A program made the translations under genes and the position numbers. A DNA stretch of 64,000 bases from a virus (lineage: Duplodnaviria > Caudoviricetes), in the IMG/VR virus record IMGVR_UViG_3300026442_000101; one strand, given 5' to 3'. The notes beneath the pieces are model-generated. The model saw only the letters and a program-made list of their open reading frames with translations, made no database searches and was not told where the DNA came from. Below, piece by piece: positions 55,765 to 64,000 of this stretch; the stretch's first letter is position 1; the number at the start of each line of letters is the position of its first letter.

Positions 55765-56359
55765 CGCAATCCTCCACCAGTGCGTTGATATCGAACTGCA
55801 CGTCGATGAGCAAGTCTCGCCCTTTGACGTACCCCTGGATGTCGAACATGCCCCCGCCCTCTTCGACGTCGACGTAGACAACATCGAGTTCGTTCTCGAT
55901 GAACAGTCTGACACTGCTCTCGATGAACATCGCCACGGCCGGATTGAGCCGTCCGTAGTCTTCGAGCAGATCGGCCAGCAGCTCTTCCAGCATGCTGTAA
56001 TCCGGCATGGCTTCGACGTCATCTGGACGATTCTGACGGGTGGCTTGAAGCGCCATGAAGCAATCGTGCTCTGGACGAACTTTAGTACGCCACAGAACAG
56101 CTACGCTTTCGCCGACGTTCTCCAACTTGCCGGTAGTATCCGAATCACGGGAGATTATTGCGGTATAGATCGCATGCTGCTCACGATACTTCCCATCAGC
56201 AAACTCGCGCTGAATCTTGCCGGCGATCGACCAAAGCGGATTATCCGGGAACAACTCAACTGCTTCTTCAAAAGCGACCGCATAGTCGAGCTGCGTTTTA
56301 CCGGCTGTGTCGACTTCGCGTTTCTTCTGGAAGCGATCCGTGCTAGCGATTACTGTCAC
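55751..56359 (-). CDS. Hypothetical protein
   Basis: 202 aa with GGAG RBS. Confidence 0.6.
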   Translation of the reverse strand: MTVIASTDRFQKKREVDTAGKTQLDYAVAFEEAVELFPDNPLWSIAGKIQREFADGKYREQHAIYTAIISRDSDTTGKLENVGESVAVLWRTKVRPEHDCFMALQATRQNRPDDVEAMPDYSMLEELLADLLEDYGRLNPAVAMFIESSVRLFIENELDVVYVDVEEGGGMFDIQGYVKGRDLLIDVQFDINALVEDCDVSS

Positions 56360-56597
56360 GGGTGTTTCTCCTGAAATGACTACGACTTGCCAAGATCACC
56401 CCATACCCGACAAGCATCATCAGGAAGAACGACAGGAGGATTGCAGCCATAGCCTCGCTGGTGTCAAACTTCGGATGATGCTTATCAACACAACCGTCCC
56501 ACGCAGGTCGTTGGATCGACGTTACGTACTTAGGGCTGTACGGGATACAGCATGCGGCTTCGAGGCATTGCTTGAATGCCTCGTCACCTTTACTCAC
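56343..56597 (-). CDS. Small membrane protein
   Basis: One TM, ATGA overlap. Confidence 0.5.
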   Translation of the reverse strand: MSKGDEAFKQCLEAACCIPYSPKYVTSIQRPAWDGCVDKHHPKFDTSEAMAAILLSFFLMMLVGYGVILASRSHFRRNTRDSNR

Positions 56598-56953
56598 GAC
56601 AGGGTTTCTTCGCCGCGTGCGATGCGAGCGATCTGAGCGTCATCACGCTCCTGCTTGAAGGCGTGTTGCTCTTCTTCAGTAGCGATGACGATCTTGCTGC
56701 CATTGACGAACACGTCGGCACCGTTCTCGATCGCTTCGACAGCAGCGTTGAGAGCGATGTCCAGGTTGTTGTCCATCAGGGAACTGATGGTCTGGCCGGT
56801 AGTGATGACGTCGCCCTCGCACTGGCTGGTTTGACCGCCGATGATCACCTTGGTGATGACCTTCTTGCCGTTGTCCACGATATCGTGAGTAACAGCGGTA
56901 GCCAGAGCCAGCAGGCAGTCGACGGAATAGACTTTGGTTTCGGCGTTGCTCAT
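56594..56953 (-). CDS. Hypothetical protein
   Basis: 119 aa, strong codon bias. Confidence 0.6.
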   Translation of the reverse strand: MSNAETKVYSVDCLLALATAVTHDIVDNGKKVITKVIIGGQTSQCEGDVITTGQTISSLMDNNLDIALNAAVEAIENGADVFVNGSKIVIATEEEQHAFKQERDDAQIARIARGEETLS

Positions 56954-57222
56954 GGGGACTTTCTCCGTTTGGGGTGTCGTACGTCACGTACGACTAGGGT
57001 GATGAAACCGATGATTATTGCGATGACGATCAAGTACAGCCAGGCGCGTTCATGGAACTCCCTGTTGGCTATCTCGATGTCACGACAATAGTTGTATTGC
57101 TTGATGTCAGCGATGCTGGTGCTCGTCGTTGGCACTTTCTTCAAGACGGGCTCGCAGTCGATAGACGGTTCACGAGGCTTATCGTCACCGCCGAGGACAA
57201 AGTACCAGACGACGATGCTCAT
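56950..57222 (-). CDS. Small membrane protein
   Basis: Cys pair plus C-terminal TM. Confidence 0.5.
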   Translation of the reverse strand: MSIVVWYFVLGGDDKPREPSIDCEPVLKKVPTTSTSIADIKQYNYCRDIEIANREFHERAWLYLIVIAIIIGFITLVVRDVRHPKRRKSP

Positions 57223-57488
57223 CAGCTGATTCCTTCTTTAGGGACGGGAGCGAAGCGAGTTTCGTCCTCGATCTCCGCCTGGCCGCGTTGCCAGAGTGGG
57301 TTCTCGTCATCGACCGGCAGACCAGGCTTGGCGTAGCCATAGGCCCATTCACCGGTTTGTTCGAGTCGGACATGATGCAGTTCAGGAGTAGTAACGATCA
57401 CGTACTCCTGTCCTTTGTAGTGTTTGAGAATCTGCCCGGGAGTATACTTACAAGCTGGCATGATGAATCTCCTGATTGGGTTGCCCAT
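57222..57488 (-). CDS. DUF1653-like protein
   Basis: ILKHYKG.EY.I....E.TGE..YGY....W.R....RF. Confidence 0.7.
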   Translation of the reverse strand: MGNPIRRFIMPACKYTPGQILKHYKGQEYVIVTTPELHHVRLEQTGEWAYGYAKPGLPVDDENPLWQRGQAEIEDETRFAPVPKEGIS

Positions 57489-57518
57489 ACCAAGTAAATG
57501 CCCAGTAAAGAAACACGA

Positions 57519-57890
57519 CTACTTCTGGTACGGCATATCGAAGCCGATGTAGAGCACGCAGTCCGCGTAGTCACTTTCACCCACCACTTCGGCTTTGGCA
57601 GCCGCTGGCGAGTTGAAGATCTTGGTCACGTTGGCGATAGCCATCGGTACCATTGCGCGGTAGCCGTCATCTTGCAGATGTTCGGGCTTCATCAAACCCA
57701 GCAGCACCGAGTCCATACCTGCGTTCTCAGCACGAGCAGCTACTGCGCCCTTACTGATGTCAGCCACCATCTTACAATCCTCAGTGGTGACTCTGTGGTA
57801 TTCGAATTCCGGAAGGCTATCGTCATAGTGCGGCATGGCGTTAGCGATAACAGCGGTCAGCATCAATGCCGAAAAGATTGCAACTTTCAT
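57519..57890 (-). CDS. Secreted/periplasmic hypothetical protein
   Basis: Sec signal MKVAIFSALMLTAVIANA; Cys pair; promoter motif at 57933. Confidence 0.65.
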   Translation of the reverse strand: MKVAIFSALMLTAVIANAMPHYDDSLPEFEYHRVTTEDCKMVADISKGAVAARAENAGMDSVLLGLMKPEHLQDDGYRAMVPMAIANVTKIFNSPAAAKAEVVGESDYADCVLYIGFDMPYQK

Positions 57891-57997
57891 GTAGTCCTGA
57901 TCCTAGTGGTTGGTTTGGTTATTCACTTCCAAAATGTGTGACTATCTAATTCTTAGATAGGCAAAAAAAAAGAAGCGGGGCAAGAGCCCCGCATCAA

Positions 57998-58699
57998 TTA
58001 CTTCTCGGCCGGGGCTTCGTCAGCACGGATGAACGAAAGTGGGATCGCCATCCCGTTAGGGAACCTGTACGCTACCAACGCTCTACATACGGCCACCGAA
58101 TACGATTGGCAGTTTTCAGCAAAGCGAGTTTCATCGTCGATCCAAGCCCGCGTGTACTGGCCTTCCGGATCCCGGCGAGTGCGGAACTGCGTGTTGATGT
58201 TGTTATTGATGGCGATGTGTGCCGCCATGTTCACACTGCGGGATGGATTGAAGCCGTAGGTGTGGTTGAACTCAAGTTCTTCCTCATCCGGGTCCGGCGC
58301 ATCGTAGGAGATGAACGGAGGTTCACCTTCGCGATCCTCATGTAGACGAATCGTACCCCGGCCGTAATACGGCTCGGTCCAATTCAGCGCTACGGCCACC
58401 GCATAGTCCAGCGCTTTACCGCCCAGACCGTTTGGGAGAACCCAGACCAGCGGGTCTTTCAACGGCTCGACCACCAGCGAAGTAATCGTGACGATCTGAC
58501 GGCGTTCGCCACGACGGCGAGCATCGGCGAATTCGGTAGAGAAATCGAACACCAGCCTATCGATTGAATCGTAAGCCAGCGGTCCAGCATTATTGAACTG
58601 GAAACGCAACATCGCGTCGCGACGCTCGATATTACCATCGCTGTATTGCACCATCAGGCGCGGCAGCTTGTCTGGCGTATCAAACAGTTCTGCAATCAT
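57998..58699 (-). CDS. Hypothetical protein
   Basis: 233 aa coupled to the AAA ATPase. Confidence 0.6.
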   Translation of the reverse strand: MIAELFDTPDKLPRLMVQYSDGNIERRDAMLRFQFNNAGPLAYDSIDRLVFDFSTEFADARRRGERRQIVTITSLVVEPLKDPLVWVLPNGLGGKALDYAVAVALNWTEPYYGRGTIRLHEDREGEPPFISYDAPDPDEEELEFNHTYGFNPSRSVNMAAHIAINNNINTQFRTRRDPEGQYTRAWIDDETRFAENCQSYSVAVCRALVAYRFPNGMAIPLSFIRADEAPAEK

Positions 58700-59862
58700 T
58701 TACCACCTCCTTTAAAACGACGATGCTGACCGGGCGGTGGAGCGCCCCATGGATCGTTTGGGTCACTGTGCAGGTGCGGTTCATCATCGTCATGACGGTA
58801 ACGCTTCATCTTCGACGAATTGGTTGCGCGCTGTTTATACGGCGACAGATTGCGATTGACCTTGATGGTGATGGTTGGGCTGATCACCACACGCCATTCG
58901 CTTTCATCAGCGGCAGTCTCGACCTTGGAGGCCGTGAGCCATTCGAACTTACCACTGTCGACGATCTCGTTGGACTTCGGATCGCGCAGTTCGAGAACGA
59001 TAGTGCCATCATCCTCATGCACGAAACGACTGTCGCCTTTGAACGCCTCACCGTTGTGCAGGATCTCACGCAGGTTGTAGTTCGCGTACACTTCGTCAGG
59101 TACGTTGTGGATCTTGAGCTCTTGCTTGAAGGCCTTCAGATCCTTGGCGCCGGTGGCCACCTTCGCTACCACTCGCAGCATGTCAAAGCTGATGCGGTGA
59201 CACTTGCAGTAGTCGAGGATGTATGCCAGGATAGCCGGCTTGAGCTGAAGCTCTTCGATCACTTCGAGGATGGCATCTTCCTGCATGCCTTCGTAGTTGA
59301 TCTTGTACAGGAAGCGGCCAGGGCGGTGGATCATGTAGTCGCTGAGCTCGTGGACATGGTTGGAGGTAACGATGAACATCACCCCTTCCAGATCCGAGTC
59401 GCTGAACAACGTCAGCATCTTATCGCGAGCTTCTTCTTCGTAGTACTTACCGAACTCATCGAAGTAGACGACGCACTTACCCATCGCCAGGATCAGGCGC
59501 TTGATCACCGAGGCCGGGATGGCGCTGGTAATCATGAGACACGGCCGCTTGAACTTCTCGATCACCGAGTTGATGGTGTCTTCAGCCAGCAACGACTTAC
59601 CCGCACCTTTCAGACCGGTCAGCAAGATACCGGTGGTGCCCTTGGCCTCACCGTAGGTTCTGATGAAGCTGGTCTTGTAAGCATCGTGCTGACCATAGCG
59701 CTTGGTCGGAACCTTGAACTTTTCGCGGTCCTTGATCAGGATGACTTCTTCATCCTTGGTCCCTACACGGTAGACCATTGGAGCGACTGCGTCGATCTTG
59801 TTGTGCAGGTTGATATTGCTGAGCGTTACGTATGGGCCTTCATCGGCCAGAATGGTTGGCAT
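58696..59862 (-). CDS. AAA+ ATPase
   Basis: GILLTGLKGAGKS, VYFDEFGK, VTSN and RPGRF motifs. Confidence 0.9.
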   Translation of the reverse strand: MPTILADEGPYVTLSNINLHNKIDAVAPMVYRVGTKDEEVILIKDREKFKVPTKRYGQHDAYKTSFIRTYGEAKGTTGILLTGLKGAGKSLLAEDTINSVIEKFKRPCLMITSAIPASVIKRLILAMGKCVVYFDEFGKYYEEEARDKMLTLFSDSDLEGVMFIVTSNHVHELSDYMIHRPGRFLYKINYEGMQEDAILEVIEELQLKPAILAYILDYCKCHRISFDMLRVVAKVATGAKDLKAFKQELKIHNVPDEVYANYNLREILHNGEAFKGDSRFVHEDDGTIVLELRDPKSNEIVDSGKFEWLTASKVETAADESEWRVVISPTITIKVNRNLSPYKQRATNSSKMKRYRHDDDEPHLHSDPNDPWGAPPPGQHRRFKGGGK

Positions 59863-59871
59863 CTTGTTTCC

Positions 59872-60714
59872 TTACACGAGTTCGACGATATCGAGATGAT
59901 CGATGCGGTTACGCTTGAAGCTTGCCGCGTTAGTGTGACCGCCGCCGCCGTGTTGTTCGGCAATGGTGGCGACGTTAACGTCAGAGCTCTTGAGCGAACG
60001 CAGACGGTAGTAACGGAACTTGGCGTCTTCGTACCAAGTGATCGAGAACGGCGAGTTGTACTTCTTGATCAACTCTTCACCGACGCGGCTGCCGTTGTAG
60101 CGCGGCACGTTCGACATCGGAATGTTCTCATAGCCAGCGAAGCTGACCAGGAAGCTTTCTTCCAGATGTCGGCCGATCTGCTGATCTTCCATCGCCACCA
60201 GCGGCTGCCCTACATCAATCAGATGTTCGGTATACGCATGAGCGTAAGTCACCGAATCGATTTCGATAGGCAAGGTGGCAAAGCCTGCGATGAAAGCTCG
60301 GGTATCAGGCAGCTTGTAGTTCCACAGGTCGTGGTCTTCCACAAGGTCGACAATCGTCGGCCGCGGCTGATTGGGGAAGATGATGTCCCACGCCAGACCT
60401 GCACCAGACCGGGTCATGTCAAGACGCAGGTCGAGGTTGTTCGGATAGCCCGCCTTCTCGAAGTATTCGTCGATACGTTCGATGGCCGTCTCGTGATGAT
60501 CGAGCACAGTGACCATCTTCGCCTTATCGCACATCTCAGCGAGGACGTTCGGCGGATAGGAGAAGTCGAGGATGATGACCGTACGGTCGGTAACGTCGGG
60601 TGGGTTATCACCATAAGCTGCGGCGATGTAGTCGGCATCATCACCGTACTTGTTGCGAGCTGCCCATGCGGCAACGACGCCGTCGAAACAGTCAGCGTGG
60701 TAGATTACAAGCAT
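59872..60714 (-). CDS. DHH/DHHA1 phosphoesterase
   Basis: YHADCFDG, ILDFS, LDHHET, DHDLW and GGGGH motifs. Confidence 0.9.
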   Translation of the reverse strand: MLVIYHADCFDGVVAAWAARNKYGDDADYIAAAYGDNPPDVTDRTVIILDFSYPPNVLAEMCDKAKMVTVLDHHETAIERIDEYFEKAGYPNNLDLRLDMTRSGAGLAWDIIFPNQPRPTIVDLVEDHDLWNYKLPDTRAFIAGFATLPIEIDSVTYAHAYTEHLIDVGQPLVAMEDQQIGRHLEESFLVSFAGYENIPMSNVPRYNGSRVGEELIKKYNSPFSITWYEDAKFRYYRLRSLKSSDVNVATIAEQHGGGGHTNAASFKRNRIDHLDIVELV

Positions 60715-60764
60715 TACAGTCTCCAGTTTGCCTTATGTCAGAACATAAGGCATTGGGTTAGATT

Positions 60765-61403
60765 TTAACCGTTATCGGTCGCTTGGTTCATGGGTTCCGC
60801 GTAACCCATGCTCTCATCAACTTCAGATTGCAACCGATCGGTCATGCGTTCGCGCCTTTCTTCGGTAGTGATCTTGCGGATGGGAGGCTTGAGGTTGTGG
60901 TCCTCCGTGAAACCTTTGGCATGCAGCAGCGCCAAGATATCTTCGACCTTCCAGATCTCGTAAGGCGGTAAGCCGCCGAGCGAACACTTGCGCAGCAGTT
61001 GACCCGCTTCGTCAAGGCTCTTTGTGATGTGAACAGCCATGGTCATCTGTTCTTCAAGCTTACTGGCAGCTCCGCGGACGTAGGTAACGCCTTGCCCGTA
61101 ATGTACGCGGCGGCGCAGCATGTACGTCTTGTGTTCTTCGCTTTTGTTGGGTACGCGGAACTCGTAGAGCTTTCCGCTAGGCGTCAGGATATTGCAGACG
61201 TTGGCGACTTCAGCCTGGCGGATCTCATCGATAGTGCCATCGAAGTAATCGTAGATCACCGGCCAGTTGCATTCCAGCGGGATGATTAACCCGTACTTGG
61301 TAATCAGCGAATCGATCGACACCTTGGTGTATAGATCGTTAGGTTTCAAGATGCCGGTCTGGAGGAAGATCTCGTTGTCTTTGAATACAGTTACGTTTGC
61401 CAT
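60765..61403 (-). CDS. Hypothetical protein, possibly a degenerate Ntn-hydrolase fold
   Basis: MANVTVFKDN.. start parallels the neighbour MSLIIYKDG..; TAATG-coupled. Confidence 0.5.
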   Translation of the reverse strand: MANVTVFKDNEIFLQTGILKPNDLYTKVSIDSLITKYGLIIPLECNWPVIYDYFDGTIDEIRQAEVANVCNILTPSGKLYEFRVPNKSEEHKTYMLRRRVHYGQGVTYVRGAASKLEEQMTMAVHITKSLDEAGQLLRKCSLGGLPPYEIWKVEDILALLHAKGFTEDHNLKPPIRKITTEERRERMTDRLQSEVDESMGYAEPMNQATDNG

Positions 61404-61993
61404 TACTTAGCGATCCTTGGGACTCGAGGCTTACGGGCACGTTTACGGGTAGGCGCTACTTCTACCGGCGCTGGCTTCGCAGGTGGAGTGATCAGCGGCA
61501 ACAGGTCGCTCTGGCCGATGACATCAACCACCGTACCTACCTCAGGGTTGAGCTCACCTACTGAGATGATCGTGTCTGTGACTGACAGGCCGTGGGCCAA
61601 GCCGACGTATCCCATCCATGCACCGTTACCTCGACATTGGGTGGTTTCGTTCAGATGGGTCCAGCGGTAACCATCAACGCACCACGCGTCAGTGGTGGTC
61701 ATTACGAAATAAGTGCGGTCGCCCAGGAATGCTTCCCGCTGTTCCTCGGTGAACTCAGGGCCGACGTTCTTCTCAGCCGCTTCCCAGCCCATCAGTACGA
61801 TGCTGAATATATCCATCGCAATCTGAACGCTTTCAGGATGGATGTTGTCCCCACAGAAAGCTACAGCCATGCGCTTGGTCTTGCAGACGTACAGCTTCCG
61901 CATTTCCTGAAGGTTGGAATAGGTGGTGTAAGGCTGGACAACACCACAGCGATCAGCGCCGAGGACTCCATCCTTGTAAATGATCAACGACAC
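61403..61993 (-). CDS. HslV/proteasome-beta-like (Ntn-hydrolase) protein
   Basis: MSLIIYKDGVLGADR..RKLY..AVAFCGD..RGNGA..AHG.S...I....NPEVG.VV resembles phage HslV-like proteins; N-terminal Ser in place of Thr. Confidence 0.55.
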   Translation of the reverse strand: MSLIIYKDGVLGADRCGVVQPYTTYSNLQEMRKLYVCKTKRMAVAFCGDNIHPESVQIAMDIFSIVLMGWEAAEKNVGPEFTEEQREAFLGDRTYFVMTTTDAWCVDGYRWTHLNETTQCRGNGAWMGYVGLAHGLSVTDTIISVGELNPEVGTVVDVIGQSDLLPLITPPAKPAPVEVAPTRKRARKPRVPRIAK

Positions 61994-62062
61994 ATCTATC
62001 TCCTTACAAAATAAAACGACATAAAGAGCAGGGTCTTTCGACCCTGCTCTCGCTTGTGCTGC

Positions 62063-62350
62063 TTAAAGGTCCGGGCGCAGTGCCGTCGAACCTTGACCCT
62101 GCTTCGGAGCCGGTGCCTTGTAGGTCGGTGCGGTGCTGCGGGTCACTTTGCCGTCGGTGCCGAAGTAGATACGGGTGCCGATGGTTTCGGTGATGGCGGT
62201 ATCGCCGACCAGGACCGATTCCATGGAATTGTCACCGAATACCAGGCTGGCGCCTTGGTCGCTCAGATGCGCCAGAGTAGCGTAGGTTTCGCCGTTCTCG
62301 GTGGATAGCTTGGCGATTTGTTCAGCGGTCAGTTGCATGTGAAGCTCCAT
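62063..62350 (-). CDS. Hypothetical protein
   Basis: About 93 aa, strong codon bias; promoter-like variant at 62381. Confidence 0.6.
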   Translation of the reverse strand: MELHMQLTAEQIAKLSTENGETYATLAHLSDQGASLVFGDNSMESVLVGDTAITETIGTRIYFGTDGKVTRSTAPTYKAPAPKQGQGSTALRPDL

Positions 62351-62405
62351 TGCAGTTGGGTTGGTGTTGCTCTATACGGTAATGTGTGGTTGTGATTAGT
62401 TACAG

Positions 62406-62933
62406 TCAGTTGACCCGAAGGATCACTTGATCACGACCACCGCGTTGAGCCAGCCATTCGTAGAACTGCGTATACTTCATATTGCAGAAGAAGTAACTGG
62501 CATCGTCGACGATGATGAGCTTTGCTGGGGGAATAGGATCGGGCAGACCTTTCTTCCGATGCAGGATCGAGCGCTTTACTTCGTATGGCGTACACACACG
62601 AACGCTTTCTAATTCTGCACGGGGATACCCGATGAAATCAGGGTTCTCGTTCGCACAGTTCTGGATCAGCATCTTCTTGATCCTGAGGTTCGGTACGATG
62701 TAGAGCGCCTCACCTACCAGGTTGAAGATCTGAGCCAAAGCTCTGGTACGGCCGGTCTGACGTGGGACGAAGAACCCCACAGTCTTCCAGTCACGCAACC
62801 AGATGTCGTCTGGAGGAGCTGCCCTTCTGTACTGTTCCTCGAACCACTCCTGTTCGGCGTGGAATGGCGCCAGCAGGCTCTGTACCATCTCCTTCGGATT
62901 GAAGGGAGGTTGTGAGACCGTTTTCTTACTCAT
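62406..62933 (-). CDS. Hypothetical protein with degenerate P-loop (RQTGRT; IIVDD)
   Basis: Walker A/B-like remnants. Confidence 0.5.
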   Translation of the reverse strand: MSKKTVSQPPFNPKEMVQSLLAPFHAEQEWFEEQYRRAAPPDDIWLRDWKTVGFFVPRQTGRTRALAQIFNLVGEALYIVPNLRIKKMLIQNCANENPDFIGYPRAELESVRVCTPYEVKRSILHRKKGLPDPIPPAKLIIVDDASYFFCNMKYTQFYEWLAQRGGRDQVILRVN

Positions 62934-63349
62934 CTTGTAATCTCGCCTTTATATTCAAACGGTAAGTTCGCCTTCTCAGCGATCTTCCGTAAAACGTTTA
63001 TGCTTAAGTGTCGGTGACAGAACTTACCGGGACTACAATAGCACGCAATGGCCACCTCACTGTCTCGTCCCAATTCGAGCAGATCGTAGAAAGACCGACG
63101 CCAACTACCGTACCGATCGCGTAATAGCGCTAGGTATTGTTCGGTATACATCTCGTCGGTTATGAGCTCGCCCTTGTGGTTCATGACCATCGTCCAAGTG
63201 GGTGCGAGAAACTCGTACTCCACAGCTGACTTTACCGTGGTATCGGCCAGGATGATTCCCCTATCCTGCACCAGTCTCCACTGGCTAATCTGCGCTGTCC
63301 AAAAGGCCATGCTAAGCTCCGGTATTCTCTGACATACATTTGCCAGCAT
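62930..63349 (-). CDS. DUF488-like protein
   Basis: LAPTW...Y...Y..LL....IACYC..G.FCHR. Confidence 0.7.
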   Translation of the reverse strand: MLANVCQRIPELSMAFWTAQISQWRLVQDRGIILADTTVKSAVEYEFLAPTWTMVMNHKGELITDEMYTEQYLALLRDRYGSWRRSFYDLLELGRDSEVAIACYCSPGKFCHRHLSINVLRKIAEKANLPFEYKGEITR

Positions 63350-63362
63350 AAATGAAAGTTTA

Positions 63363-63395
63363 CGGCATAAAGCCGGGATCTATCCCGGCAGTATG
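63363..63395 (-). terminator. Hairpin plus TTTATGCCG
   Basis: GCCGGGA-TAGA-TCCCGGC, directly after the tRNA-like element. Confidence 0.7.
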
Positions 63396-63398
63396 TTT

Positions 63399-63530
63399 AG
63401 GCCCCGAGCGGGAGATTTGAACTCCCCACCAACTAATAAACGACGGACACGGGAAAGTGCGTCAGGCATGAAACCCTTTCCAGTATATCGTATCGCAGTT
63501 CGCCGGAGTAGCGCCAGCCGCTAGCCAGGG
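63399..63530 (-). ncRNA. tRNA-like element with a non-canonical central domain
   Basis: Perfect T-arm GGGAG-TTCAAAT-CTCCC followed by GCTCGGG pairing with 5' CCCTGGC (1 mismatch); TAGCG/CGCTA D-arm-like hairpin; about 80-nt insert; no normal anticodon arm. Confidence 0.5.
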
Positions 63531-63537
63531 ATGATCG

Positions 63538-63726
63538 TTACAGGAACTTGGGCTTTTCCTTAGTCAGGCAAGCCGCCGGGAAGCCGGTAGCGCGAACTTC
63601 ACCATCGGCCATCCAACGAACCACCGTGTGCTCGTCTTCCTCATCATAACGCTCGACGGTCAGTTCCGGAGAACCGCTTTTGAGGTAGACGACATCACCT
63701 GGTTCGAACTTGGTAGCTTCGCTCAT
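63538..63726 (-). CDS. YodC-family (DUF2158) protein
   Basis: F..GDVV.LKSG.P.LTV....V.W......F....L. Confidence 0.8.
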   Translation of the reverse strand: MSEATKFEPGDVVYLKSGSPELTVERYDEEDEHTVVRWMADGEVRATGFPAACLTKEKPKFL

Positions 63727-63744
63727 GCCGGTATCCTGTATTGT

Positions 63745-63948
63745 TTAGAAATCGGAGAAGGTGCGCATGAAGATGGACTCAGCAATGGTCCAGATCTTCC
63801 CTGCCGGTGCATCATGGGTAGGCTCCACATTTGTGTAGACCACCATCGGCCAAGAGCAATCTTGCCCATGTTGCGCCTTATACAGGACTTTGAATCGCAG
63901 TCCGCTAGGAGACTTGTAATCCACTCCTTCTTCATACGACTCAAGCAT
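63745..63948 (-). CDS. DUF1653-like protein
   Basis: Y....G..F.VL..AQH......MVVY.N......IW......F...F. Confidence 0.55.
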   Translation of the reverse strand: MLESYEEGVDYKSPSGLRFKVLYKAQHGQDCSWPMVVYTNVEPTHDAPAGKIWTIAESIFMRTFSDF

Positions 63949-64000
63949 TGCACTCTCTCCTAATAGGTCTCCAACATACCCAGTGTATCGCCTATTGTAT

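Noticed and set aside
58723-60768. 681-aa plus-strand ORF
   Set aside because: Antisense shadow over the AAA ATPase and DHH genes, which have clear motifs.
1-64000. CRISPR array, standard tRNA genes or alternative genetic code
   Set aside because: No repeat-spacer periodicity and no complete cloverleaf were seen; long genes are uninterrupted in the standard code with normal stop usage.

Overview
This is a 64-kb segment of a phiKZ-like (Chimalliviridae-type, nucleus-forming) jumbo phage genome in the standard genetic code. Family and homolog calls come from recalled motifs and synteny, not database searches. The left end holds a core block: a partial non-virion RNA polymerase beta subunit (gp123-like), a gp122-position protein, the major capsid protein (gp120-like), a gp119-position protein and a DnaB-like helicase (gp118-like). 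A 12-kb array of 16 mostly paralogous tail/baseplate-fibre genes follows (9.8-22.5 kb). The rest is a mainly minus-strand accessory region. It includes a GNAT, a probable relative of the nvRNAP sigma-like subunit gp68, an HD protein, an SF2 helicase/ART-like polyprotein, an inner head protein, spanins, dCTP deaminase, an orphan QueC-like protein, a NinI-like phosphatase, a TAXI binding protein, an AAA ATPase, a DHH phosphoesterase and an HslV-like pair. The most striking unexplained signal is a set of stand-alone, ORF-poor, highly structured minus-strand units, each ending in a hairpin+TATGCCG terminator-like element: about 620 nt at 22.6-23.2 kb, about 245 nt at 24.4-24.7 kb, about 230 nt at 25.8-26.1 kb, a weaker one at 44.0-44.25 kb, and a 130-nt tRNA-like element at 63.4-63.5 kb. 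The 620-nt unit contains a complete hammerhead ribozyme core and terminal 12-nt direct repeats.
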